A stretch of 54,784 nt of DNA from Gemmatimonadota bacterium. Its GTDB lineage: Bacteria; Gemmatimonadota; Gemmatimonadetes; Gemmatimonadales; GWC2-71-9. The position numbers were made by a program, and so were the translations under genes. Of this stretch, positions 19,362-27,446 are shown piece by piece (positions within the stretch are counted from its first letter, which is position 1; each line of letters opens with the position of its first letter). The stretch lies in NCBI GenBank assembly GCA_039588295.1, contig JBDHAB010000040.1, forward strand, positions 1-54,784, read 5' to 3'. The notes below the pieces were generated by a model, which searched no databases, was not told where the DNA came from, and saw only the letters and a list, made by a program, of their open reading frames with translations.

Positions 19362-20126
19362 TCATCCTTTGCGCTGAAACCGTCGTTCGATATCCATGAT
19401 CTTCCCGACACGGCGCGCGTGCCGACCACCGCCGGTCGGGGTCTCCAGCCAGGTGCCCACGATTTGCCGAGCCAACTCCGGGCCAATCATGCCCGCCCCG
19501 AGTGTCAGCACGTTGGCGTCGTTGTGCGAGCGGCTATTCACGGCCGTTGCCCGGTCGTAGCACATGGCGGCTCGCACTCCCGGCACTTTGTTGGCGGCCA
19601 TGCACGAGCCAATACCGGCGCCATCCACCAGGACCCCGCGCCAGGCGCGGCCTTCGGCCACCAGTTGCCCCACGGCCAGGGCGAAATCGGGGTAATCGAC
19701 CGATTCAGCGCTGTTCGTCCCACAGTCGATGGTGGTGTAACCCAACTCCCTGAGCTGGCCCTTGAGAAACTGCTTTAACTCGAATCCGCCGTGATCCGCG
19801 CCAATCGCGACGGTCTTGTCCTCGGTCCGGGCGACCGCGGGTGGTGTGCGCTCGGCGTTGCAGACGGTACCGCCGGCCCCGGCCTCGACCACGGTGATGC
19901 CGCGTTCCATGGCAGCCTGCCGAGCGAGCGGCGTGACGATCGCGCCGTCGGGGATCTCGAACTCTCCGCCCGGTGGCACGCCTTCCAAATCGTGCCCCGT
20001 CACCAGAATGCGTTCCCGCGCCGGTGCGGCCGGAGGCGGCCTACCGACCGCTCGGTAGACGACGCGACGCACCATGTCGCGAATGGTCTGCTCGTCGAGC
20101 TGTCGACCCGGCAGGACGCTGGTCAT
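19362..20126 (-). CDS. rpiB: RpiB/LacAB-family sugar-phosphate isomerase with N-terminal encapsulation peptide and extra domain
   Basis: IGADHGG, DYPD, AANKVPGVRAA, HNDANVL and GGRHARRV motifs. ~100-aa N-terminal extension. Confidence 0.9.
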   Translation of the reverse strand: MTSVLPGRQLDEQTIRDMVRRVVYRAVGRPPPAAPARERILVTGHDLEGVPPGGEFEIPDGAIVTPLARQAAMERGITVVEAGAGGTVCNAERTPPAVARTEDKTVAIGADHGGFELKQFLKGQLRELGYTTIDCGTNSAESVDYPDFALAVGQLVAEGRAWRGVLVDGAGIGSCMAANKVPGVRAAMCYDRATAVNSRSHNDANVLTLGAGMIGPELARQIVGTWLETPTGGGRHARRVGKIMDIERRFQRKG

Positions 20127-20139
20127 GCGCGCGGCCTCG

Positions 20140-20853
20140 TCACCAGGTGCGCCATTCCGGGCGATCGATGTCCGGCGCCCGCTGGCCCGAAACCGAGGGC
20201 CTCGCGCCCTCGGGAAGTCTCGTCGCGTCACCGCGCTCCCGACGGGCACGGTCCTCCAAGAACTGGATGTGGGACCGAAGCTCCGCGACGGATGCGTCAA
20301 ACGGTTCCAGGCCGCCGTGGGCCCGAGCCTGCATCACTCCACCTTGCATTACGGAGAGCACGAACCGAGACAGCGCCGCGCGATCGAGGTCCGCCGGCAA
20401 TCGGTCACCGGCGGCTTCGAACCAGCGGCGGACGCCGTGGGTCCAGCCAGAGAAGTACCGATCGATGAGCACTCGCACCTCCGGCAGGCGGTCTCCCACC
20501 TCCAAGGCCAGGTTCCCCACGGGGCAGCCCATGGTGCAGCCAGACATGACCAGGCCTCTCCGGTAATGCTCGAGCAGCGCCAATACCCGCGCGACGGGAT
20601 CATCGGCCGCACGTTCCACGGGTTCGAAGATCGTGGGCCGCAGTTGGGCCAGATGGCGCTCCACGACGGCCGCCAGCAAGGCCTCCTTGTTGGCGAAGAA
20701 GTGGTACAGACTCCCGCTCTGGACGCCCGCGCCTCTCAGGATCGTCGCGACCCCGGTCGCGCCGTAGCCCCGCTCATGGAACAGGCGGGCAGCCAATGCG
20801 AGAATGCGATCTCCCGTATGAGCGCCAGAACGCTCAGTTGATTGATCGATCAA
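20140..20853 (-). CDS. TetR/AcrR family transcriptional regulator heading the BMC operon
   Basis: HTH (GSLYHFFANKEALL) and C-terminal GCPVGNLALE motif. TTG start uncertain. Confidence 0.92.
   Translation of the reverse strand: MIDQSTERSGAHTGDRILALAARLFHERGYGATGVATILRGAGVQSGSLYHFFANKEALLAAVVERHLAQLRPTIFEPVERAADDPVARVLALLEHYRRGLVMSGCTMGCPVGNLALEVGDRLPEVRVLIDRYFSGWTHGVRRWFEAAGDRLPADLDRAALSRFVLSVMQGGVMQARAHGGLEPFDASVAELRSHIQFLEDRARRERGDATRLPEGARPSVSGQRAPDIDRPEWRTW
20838..20853. promoter_or_regulatory. Palindromic candidate TetR operator
   Basis: TTGATTGATCGATCAA contains the perfect palindrome TTGATCGATCAA and overlaps the tetR start. Confidence 0.55.
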
Positions 20854-20945
20854 GCAGATGATCTCATTTATAGTGCTGCCAAGTCATACTGGTTACTTGA
20901 ACAATCATTCACCTTTCGGGAAGATTGTCAACCCCTCGCATAAGG

Positions 20946-20974
20946 TTGCGGCCGTTTGGGACCCCTGCCATACT
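20946..20974 (+). promoter_or_regulatory. Sigma70-like promoter for the lpxH-like gene (leaderless)
   Basis: TTGCGG-N17-CATACT, 6 nt before the ATG at 20981. Confidence 0.55.
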
Positions 20975-20980
20975 CCGGCC

Positions 20981-21715
20981 ATGCTTCCCCACGCTGCCGT
21001 CATCGTGTCGGATGCCCATATCGGCTATGCGCCCCCTGACACGGTCGCGGCATTCCACCGATTCCTCAGGTCCGTACCGGAGCTCGCCAACCATCTGGTC
21101 ATTAACGGGGATCTATTCGAATTCTGGTTCGAGTACCGGTCAGTCATCCCCAAAGCGGCGTTTGGCACGTTGGAGTGCTTGAGCGCCGTACGCCGTGCCG
21201 GGGTGAAGCTCACCCTCACTGGCGGCAACCACGACCGGTGGGGCGGTGAGTTCTGGACCCGTGAACTCAAGGCGAGGTTTGGACCCCACTCCCTGGAGAC
21301 CGAGCTGGTTGGGCTCACCGCGCTCGTCGCGCATGGCGACGGAATCGGCGACCGGCAGTTGAGTGCGAGGGTTCTGCAGGCCATCACACGCCACCGGGTG
21401 GCGACAGCCTTGTTCCGGCTGGTGCATCCGGACCTGGGCCACGCGATGGTACGTCGCCTCTCTCCGTACCTCGCCGGCAAGGCCCGCAACGAGGCGGCCC
21501 GAATGGAGGCTGCGGCACACCAGCGTGAGCACGCGCGGCGGGTGCTCTCAACACGTCCCGATCTCAACCTGGTGGTCCTGGGCCACACGCACGTGAGCGC
21601 GCTGCTCGAGGTCGGGCCCCGGCAGTGGTACCTCAACCCAGGTGCCTGGGCCGAGGGGCTGTGTTACGCGAGGGTGGTGGAGGACGGGCCCGTCTTGGAA
21701 CGGTTCGACGGGTAG
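20981..21715 (+). CDS. lpxH: UDP-2,3-diacylglucosamine diphosphatase (LpxH-like metallophosphoesterase)
   Basis: SDAH, GDLFEFW, GNHD, AHGD, GHTH and NPG motifs. Confidence 0.85.
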   Translation: MLPHAAVIVSDAHIGYAPPDTVAAFHRFLRSVPELANHLVINGDLFEFWFEYRSVIPKAAFGTLECLSAVRRAGVKLTLTGGNHDRWGGEFWTRELKARFGPHSLETELVGLTALVAHGDGIGDRQLSARVLQAITRHRVATALFRLVHPDLGHAMVRRLSPYLAGKARNEAARMEAAAHQREHARRVLSTRPDLNLVVLGHTHVSALLEVGPRQWYLNPGAWAEGLCYARVVEDGPVLERFDG

Positions 21716-21732
21716 GCGCTGGCCGGCCGGAC

Positions 21733-22236
21733 CTACCGCCAGTACACCTTGAATCCTGCCGCGAGATCGCCGCTGGGGAGCCGATCCAGCTTCAGATCGG
21801 CGGGGAAATCCCAGAGGTGGGTGGACACGTAGGCTTCTGCAGCGGCGAGCAGGTGGTTGAACGCCAGCAGAACGGCCCAATCCTGAATCTCCGACCGCTT
21901 CCCTTCCACCGTTTCCCCGTCGGCGTCGGTCCGCTCCTGGTAATCCAGCTGATGAATCGACTTGACCGTCATGGTCAACGTGAGCCCCTCCCAAAAGAGG
22001 AAGATCGCTCCCGTTACCCGGCGACCCGCGACCGATTGGCCCCACCCGGGAAGGAGCAGCGACCGGAGCGCGGCACCGATAGGCGAGACTGGTGGGTCTT
22101 CGCGGAAACTCGGAACCTGGATGGTGTCACTGGGCTGCGGCTGTCGCTGCGGTGGTGGCCGCGTCGGAATGATCTGCGCCGCAGCCGCCGTGGTGACGAC
22201 GGCCAGTAGTACGGCGGCTAGGCCGAAGGCGCGCAC
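21733..22236 (-). CDS. Hypothetical exported/membrane protein (DUF5683-like)
   Basis: Signal peptide. SLLLPGWGQ and EAYVSTHL motifs. GAGG RBS before GTG. Confidence 0.7.
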   Translation of the reverse strand: MRAFGLAAVLLAVVTTAAAAQIIPTRPPPQRQPQPSDTIQVPSFREDPPVSPIGAALRSLLLPGWGQSVAGRRVTGAIFLFWEGLTLTMTVKSIHQLDYQERTDADGETVEGKRSEIQDWAVLLAFNHLLAAAEAYVSTHLWDFPADLKLDRLPSGDLAAGFKVYWR

Positions 22237-23160
22237 AGCACCTTGAGGTGCCTCGGCAAGAGGGTCACCTCGATGGAATCGGATTCGGGGTAGCGTAGCT
22301 CGCCGTCGACCTGAACCGTGAGAGGGCCCGAGAGGCCGCTCACGCGAACCTGCTGGCTGCGAAACAGGGTGACCTCGGGGAGATGGAGGTGCTTGCCGCG
22401 GACCACGCTTGGAACGTAACGAAGAAACCGAGCCAGACCCACCCGCCGGATGACGCACACGTCGAACAGCCCGTCGTCCAGCAAGGCGTCAGGTGTGAGC
22501 CGGAATCCCCCACCGGCCGTCGCCCCGATCGTAATCGCGAGCATCATCATGCGTGAGCGCTCCGCATGCTCACCCGACTGCACCTCCAGATCCGGCGGCG
22601 TGAACGACCCGAACGTCTTGTAGGCGGCGACGAGGTACAGGGCGAACCCGCGCAGGTGACTCATGCGCAGCGTCTGTCTGACCACCTCGGCGTCAAAGCC
22701 AACGCCCATGCCATTGACGAAGTACTCGTCGCCCACGCGTCCGACATCGAGCCGGCGCCGCGTGCCATCGAGCACCAATTGGAGGTTCCGTTCCGGCGGT
22801 GCCCGTTTCAGCCCCAGCGCCCGTGCGTAGTCGTTTCCGCTCCCGACCGGGACATGGCCCAACGTGACGTTGGTCGGTCCGTCGCCAAGAATGCCGTTCG
22901 CGACGTTATGCACCGTCCCGTCCCCTCCGGCGGCAATGATGACCGGCCAGCCTGCGGCGCGCGCCTCCGCCGCGAGGGCCACCTCTTCCCCCGCATGTCG
23001 CGTGGTGCGGACGACCGCCTCCCACCCAGAGGCTCGGGCGCTGCTGGCGAGGGGATGCTCGAGGCCCTCTCCTCTCCCGCGACCAGCCTTGGGGTTGAGG
23101 ATAATGAAGGCCCGATTGGGGGTATCGGTCGGCGCAGGTGCTCCAGTAGGGTCGAGCCAT
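22218..23160 (-). CDS. Diacylglycerol/lipid kinase family (YegS/BmrU); the only upstream ATG is out of frame
   Basis: IILNPKAG, AAGGDGT, GSGNDYA and VDGE motifs. The frame is open back to a TAA at ~23160 with no in-frame ATG/GTG/TTG before the NP motif. Confidence 0.8.
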
Positions 23161-23300
23161 TACGTTGGCTGATCGGCCAACGGAGTTCAAGCGATTGCCG
23201 AATCGGCGGGCCGCAGGGTGCGGACCTCTGGTGCCGATGCGGGGTGAAACCATCCCGGACTTCCATGACGAGGCCTGCGACAAGACCTGCCAAGACCGTA

Positions 23301-24443
23301 ATGCGCCGGCTCCTCATCGCTGGCGGTCTCCTGCTCGCTGCGTGCGTGGGTGGGCGGCCCGACGCGTCGCGCGACGGCCTGCCGGCCCGAGCCCAGACGT
23401 TCCGCTTGGATTCGGGGTTTGCACAGCTCATCGAGCAGCTCTCTGAGCCTGGCGCCTACTTCGACACCGATAATTTGATCTCGAACGAGCGCTCGTACCT
23501 TCACGTCATGGGAGCCCTCGAACGCCCCGGCGGGCGCGGCGGAGCGTACCTCGGGGTGGGCCCGGACCAGAACTTCTCCTACATCGCCGCCGTTCGGCCG
23601 GACATCGCATTCATCGTGGACATCAGGCGCGAGAACATGCTTCAGCATCTGATGTTCAAGGCCCTCTTCTCGCTGGCCCGGAACCGCATGGAGTACCTGT
23701 GCCTGCTCCACGGTCGGACCATGCCTGCCGATGACTCGGCGTGGACGGAGCGCCCGGTAGAGGAGTTGGTCGCGTACGTGGACAGCGTCGGAGCGGCTCG
23801 CGAGACGGCGGCGGCATCCCGTAACGCCGTCTTGCGAACGGTGCAGACGTTCGGTGTCCCCCTATCGGACGAAGATCTCCGCACCATTGGTGACTTCCAT
23901 GGGCGCTTCGTCCAGGCAGGTCTCGGGCTGCGATTCCAGAGCCATGGTCGTGTTCCCCTGCCCCACTACCCGACGTATCGCGAGCTGCTGCTCGAACGCG
24001 ACCTGGCGGGCAATCGCGCCAGCTACGTCGCCAGTGAGCGTGCCTTTCAGCGCGTGAAGTTGCTGCAGGCCCAGGATCGCATCATCCCGGTCGTGGGAGA
24101 TTTCGCCGGGGATCATTCGCTGGCGGCCATCGGCGCGCTCTTGAGCCGCCGAGGCGAGAAGGTGACGGCGTTCTACCCGTCGAACGTGGAGTACTACCTC
24201 ATGCGTGGCGGCGGCTTTGAGCGTTTCGTGGCCAACGTTGGTCGACTTCCGCACGACGATCGGAGCATGATCATCCGTAGCTTCTTTGGACGAAACTTCG
24301 GGTTCGTGCATCCACAGACGGTGCCCGGCTACTACACGGTACAGCTGCTCCAGTCGACGCGGCGCTTCCTCAGGGACCAGACCGAGGGCACCTACCGCTC
24401 CTATCTGGACCTCGTCACACGGGACGTAATCGAGCTGCGGTAG
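23301..24443 (+). CDS. Conserved hypothetical lipoprotein
   Basis: Lipobox LLAA-C. 380-aa ORF with FDTDNLISNE, GVGPDQNFSYI and SNVE motifs. Terminator follows. Confidence 0.8.
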   Translation: MRRLLIAGGLLLAACVGGRPDASRDGLPARAQTFRLDSGFAQLIEQLSEPGAYFDTDNLISNERSYLHVMGALERPGGRGGAYLGVGPDQNFSYIAAVRPDIAFIVDIRRENMLQHLMFKALFSLARNRMEYLCLLHGRTMPADDSAWTERPVEELVAYVDSVGAARETAAASRNAVLRTVQTFGVPLSDEDLRTIGDFHGRFVQAGLGLRFQSHGRVPLPHYPTYRELLLERDLAGNRASYVASERAFQRVKLLQAQDRIIPVVGDFAGDHSLAAIGALLSRRGEKVTAFYPSNVEYYLMRGGGFERFVANVGRLPHDDRSMIIRSFFGRNFGFVHPQTVPGYYTVQLLQSTRRFLRDQTEGTYRSYLDLVTRDVIELR

Positions 24444-24445
24444 AA

Positions 24446-24482
24446 CAGGAAACGAGGCGGCCGAGGGCCGCCTCGTTTCCTG
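24446..24482. terminator. Perfect 17-bp hairpin, bidirectional terminator
   Basis: CAGGAAACGAGGCGGCC-GAG-GGCCGCCTCGTTTCCTG between the convergent CDS and tRNA-Sec. Confidence 0.8.
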
Positions 24483-24488
24483 CAGCGG

Positions 24489-24585
24489 TGGCGGGAGCGT
24501 GTGGGAATCGAACCCACCGGAGTCGCCTCAGGCGCCTCCCAGCGGTTTTGAAGACCGTACGAGCCACCAGGCCCGATCCGCCCCC
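24489..24585 (-). tRNA. selC: tRNA-Sec (anticodon TCA)
   Basis: 97 nt. Anticodon loop CT-TCA-AA, long variable arm, GTGGG-TTCGATT-CCCAC T-arm, extended acceptor stem ending GCCA. Confidence 0.92.
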
Positions 24586-24592
24586 ACGCGAC

Positions 24593-24982
24593 TCACGGCC
24601 CCGCGCCGCCGAGGTGCGCGACGGCCTCGATCTCCACGAGGCCGCCCTTCGGGAGCGCGGCCGCCTGGAGCGCAGCCCGGGCTGGCCGATGGTTGCCGAA
24701 GTACCGCGCGTACACCTCGTTCATTGCCGCGAAGTCCGCCATGTCCGCCAGAAAAACGGTGGTCTTCACCACGTCGGAGAAGCCGCAGCCGGCGGCAGTG
24801 AGCACAGCCGAGAGGTTCTCGAACACCCGCTCCGTTTGCGCGGCGACGTCTGAGGCGACCATTTCCATCGTGGCGGGATCCAGCGCGATCTGTCCCGCCG
24901 TATACACGAATCCGCCCGCGATCACCGCCTGGCTGTATGGTCCGATCGCCGCCGGGGCTTTGTCCGTCGAGACGAACTGCAT
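24593..24982 (-). CDS. ridA: RidA family enamine/imine deaminase
   Basis: APAAIGPYSQA, GQI, KTTVFL, PAR and VEIE motifs. Confidence 0.93.
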   Translation of the reverse strand: MQFVSTDKAPAAIGPYSQAVIAGGFVYTAGQIALDPATMEMVASDVAAQTERVFENLSAVLTAAGCGFSDVVKTTVFLADMADFAAMNEVYARYFGNHRPARAALQAAALPKGGLVEIEAVAHLGGAGP

Positions 24983-24992
24983 CACCACCTCC

Positions 24993-26632
24993 CTAGAAGA
25001 GACCCTCGATCGTGCCGTCCTTGCCGAGACGCATCTTCTCGGCGGCGGGCGTCTTCCCGAGGCCCGGCATCGTCATGATGTCGCCGGTGAGCGCCACCAC
25101 GAATCCGGCACCGGCTGACGGGGTGATGTCACGCACGCTCACGGTGAATCCGCTCGGGGCTCCCAGTTTGGACGCGTCATCCGTGAACGAATACTGCGTC
25201 TTGGCCATGCACACCGGCGTCTCGCCCAACCCGAACGCAGCGAGCCGCTCCGCGGCGCGCGAGGCCTTTGGCGTGTAGCTCACGCCGTCCGCGCCATAGA
25301 TCTCCTTCGCCACCCGCTCGATCTTCTCCATGATCGACAGCTTCGTGTCGTACAGCGGTGTGAACTGCGCACCGCCCGCATCGAGGGTCTCGATCACCGC
25401 CTGGGCGAGCTCGATGCCGCCGGCGCCGCCCTGTTCCCACACGTCACACAATGCCACCTTCGCCCCCAGCGACACGCAGCCCGAGCGAACCACCTCGACT
25501 TCTTCATCGGTATCCGAGAGAAACCGATTGATGGCTACCATCGTTGGGACGCCGAACTTCGCCACATTCTCGAGATGCCGAGCGAGGTTGCCGAAGCCGC
25601 GCTCTACGGCTTCGGGGTTGGGCTCGGTCAGCTCGCCTTTCTTGGCGCCACCGTGGAGCTTGAGCGCTCGGATGGTTGCCACGACGACCGCTGCCTCCGG
25701 GTTCAGCTCACCCACACGGCACTTGATGTTGAAGAACTTCTCCGCGCCCGGGTCCGCCCCGAATCCCGCTTCGGTAACGACGAGGTCGGCGAGACGGAGC
25801 GCCGTAGCGGGGGCGATGACGGAATTGCCGGCCCGCCCTCGAGCGTCTGCACGAGGTTGGGAAGGATCGCGTCCTTGAGTAGCAATGCCATCGCTCCCTG
25901 CGCCTTGAGCTCGCGCGCCCGGACCGGTTCCCGATCTCGCGTCATGCCGACGATGATGCGACCGAGCCGCTCCTCGAGGTCGTCCGCGTCTCGGGCCAGC
26001 GACAGGATGGCCTGAATCTCGCTGGCCGGGGTGATTACGAACCGATCCTCGCGCGGCACGCCGCCGAGGAATCCTCCCAACCCGATGACGATATCGCGCA
26101 GCGCGCGGTCGTTCATGTCGATGGTCCGTGGCCACGTGATGCGTCGCGAGTCGATGCCGAGTCCATTTCCTTGGTGCAGATGGTTGTCGAGCATTGCCGA
26201 GAGCAGGTTGTGCGCGCTCGTGATCGCGTGGAAGTCGCCGGTGAAGTGGAGATTGATGTCTTCCATGGGCACGACCTGCGCGTACCCGCCGCCCGCCGCC
26301 CCCCCCTTGATGCCAAACACCGGTCCGAGAGATGGCTCCCGCATACACAGTACGGCGTTGTGCCCCAGCTTCCGAAGCGCCTGCGTGACACCGACCGTCA
26401 CGGTAGACTTCCCTTCGCCGGCTGCTGTCGGATTGACCGCGGTCACTAGCACGAGACGCGCTCGCCGCGGTCGCTCGTCGACGTTCTTCAGTCGGACTTT
26501 GGCTTTGGAGTCTCCGTACGGGATCAGCTCGTCGGGTCCGAGACCGAGGTCGGCGGCCACGTCGGTGATGGAACGGAGTTTGGCTGCCTGCGCAATCTCG
26601 ATGTCGGGCGGTACCGTCTTCGTCGTAGTCAT
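24993..26632 (-). pseudogene. fhs: Formate--tetrahydrofolate ligase, disrupted by a frameshifting deletion at ~25826 (or assembly error)
   Basis: N-terminal frame ([24 protein letters not shown]) ends at QTLEGGPA. C-terminal frame resumes at NSVIA...[23 protein letters not shown]. Confidence 0.9.
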
Positions 26633-27420
26633 CGCGTCGTGTCAGATGGTTGGGTCACGCGGGGCCCGAAGCATCGGCCTGCGTTGACCGTGGTTTGCCT
26701 GATGAGCTCGTCGATGGTGACTCCCCGAAGCTCCGCGACGCGTTCGGCGACGTGCCGCACAAGAGCCGGTTCGTTCCGTTTACCCCGATGTGGTACCGGA
26801 GCCAGATATGGCGCGTCCGTCTCCACTAGGAGACGGTTCGCCGGGCAGTCGGTCACTGCTGTGGTGTGCGCAAACTTCTTGAACGTGACCATGCCGCTGA
26901 ATCCGAAATAGGCCCCCATCCGCATCCCCGCGTCAAAGACGGCTTGGCCGGAACTGAACGAATGTAGCACGATGGCAGCCACCTCGGTGCCCCACGTTTC
27001 GAGCATGGCCGCAATATCCGCATCGGCTTCCCGCGCGTGGACCACGACGGGCTTCCCCGTTCGTGCCGCCAATGCCAGCTGGGCTTCGAACACCCGTCGT
27101 TGGACGGGTCGGGGCGAGTGATCGTAGTGGTAGTCGAGTCCAGTCTCGCCGATCGCGACAATCGTTGGGTCCTCGAGCGCGTGCTCGACGCGTTCGGCGG
27201 TGGGAGGAGACCACGTGGAGGCTTCGTGGGGGTGCACGCCCGCTGTGGCGGACAGCGAGGAATCCCGGCGGGCCAAACCGATGGCGCGATCGGTGGCTTC
27301 CGCCGAATCCGCAATCGTCACCACATGGGCCACACCCGCCGACCGGGCGCGCGCCAGGACGACGTCGCGGTCACCATCGAACTGGCGGTCGCCGAGGTGG
27401 CAGTGTGTGTCGACCAGCAC
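26629..27420 (-). CDS. tatD: TatD family DNase/hydrolase
   Basis: DTHCH, GVHPH, GETGLDY and VETDAPYL motifs. Confidence 0.93.
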   Translation of the reverse strand: MLVDTHCHLGDRQFDGDRDVVLARARSAGVAHVVTIADSAEATDRAIGLARRDSSLSATAGVHPHEASTWSPPTAERVEHALEDPTIVAIGETGLDYHYDHSPRPVQRRVFEAQLALAARTGKPVVVHAREADADIAAMLETWGTEVAAIVLHSFSSGQAVFDAGMRMGAYFGFSGMVTFKKFAHTTAVTDCPANRLLVETDAPYLAPVPHRGKRNEPALVRHVAERVAELRGVTIDELIRQTTVNAGRCFGPRVTQPSDTTR

Positions 27421-27446
27421 CGTCCGGCTCCCCCAAGTCCCCGTGT

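Noticed and set aside
22566..23300. Long N-terminal extension of the 625-aa ORF
   Set aside because: Overlaps the lipid kinase antisense. The lipoprotein signal begins at ATG 23301.
24488..24853. Plus-strand ORFs over tRNA-Sec and ridA
   Set aside because: Explained by minus-strand selC and ridA.
25703..25830. fhs split as programmed frameshift or selenocysteine readthrough
   Set aside because: Conserved residues are physically missing, and there is no in-frame UGA or slippery site at the junction.
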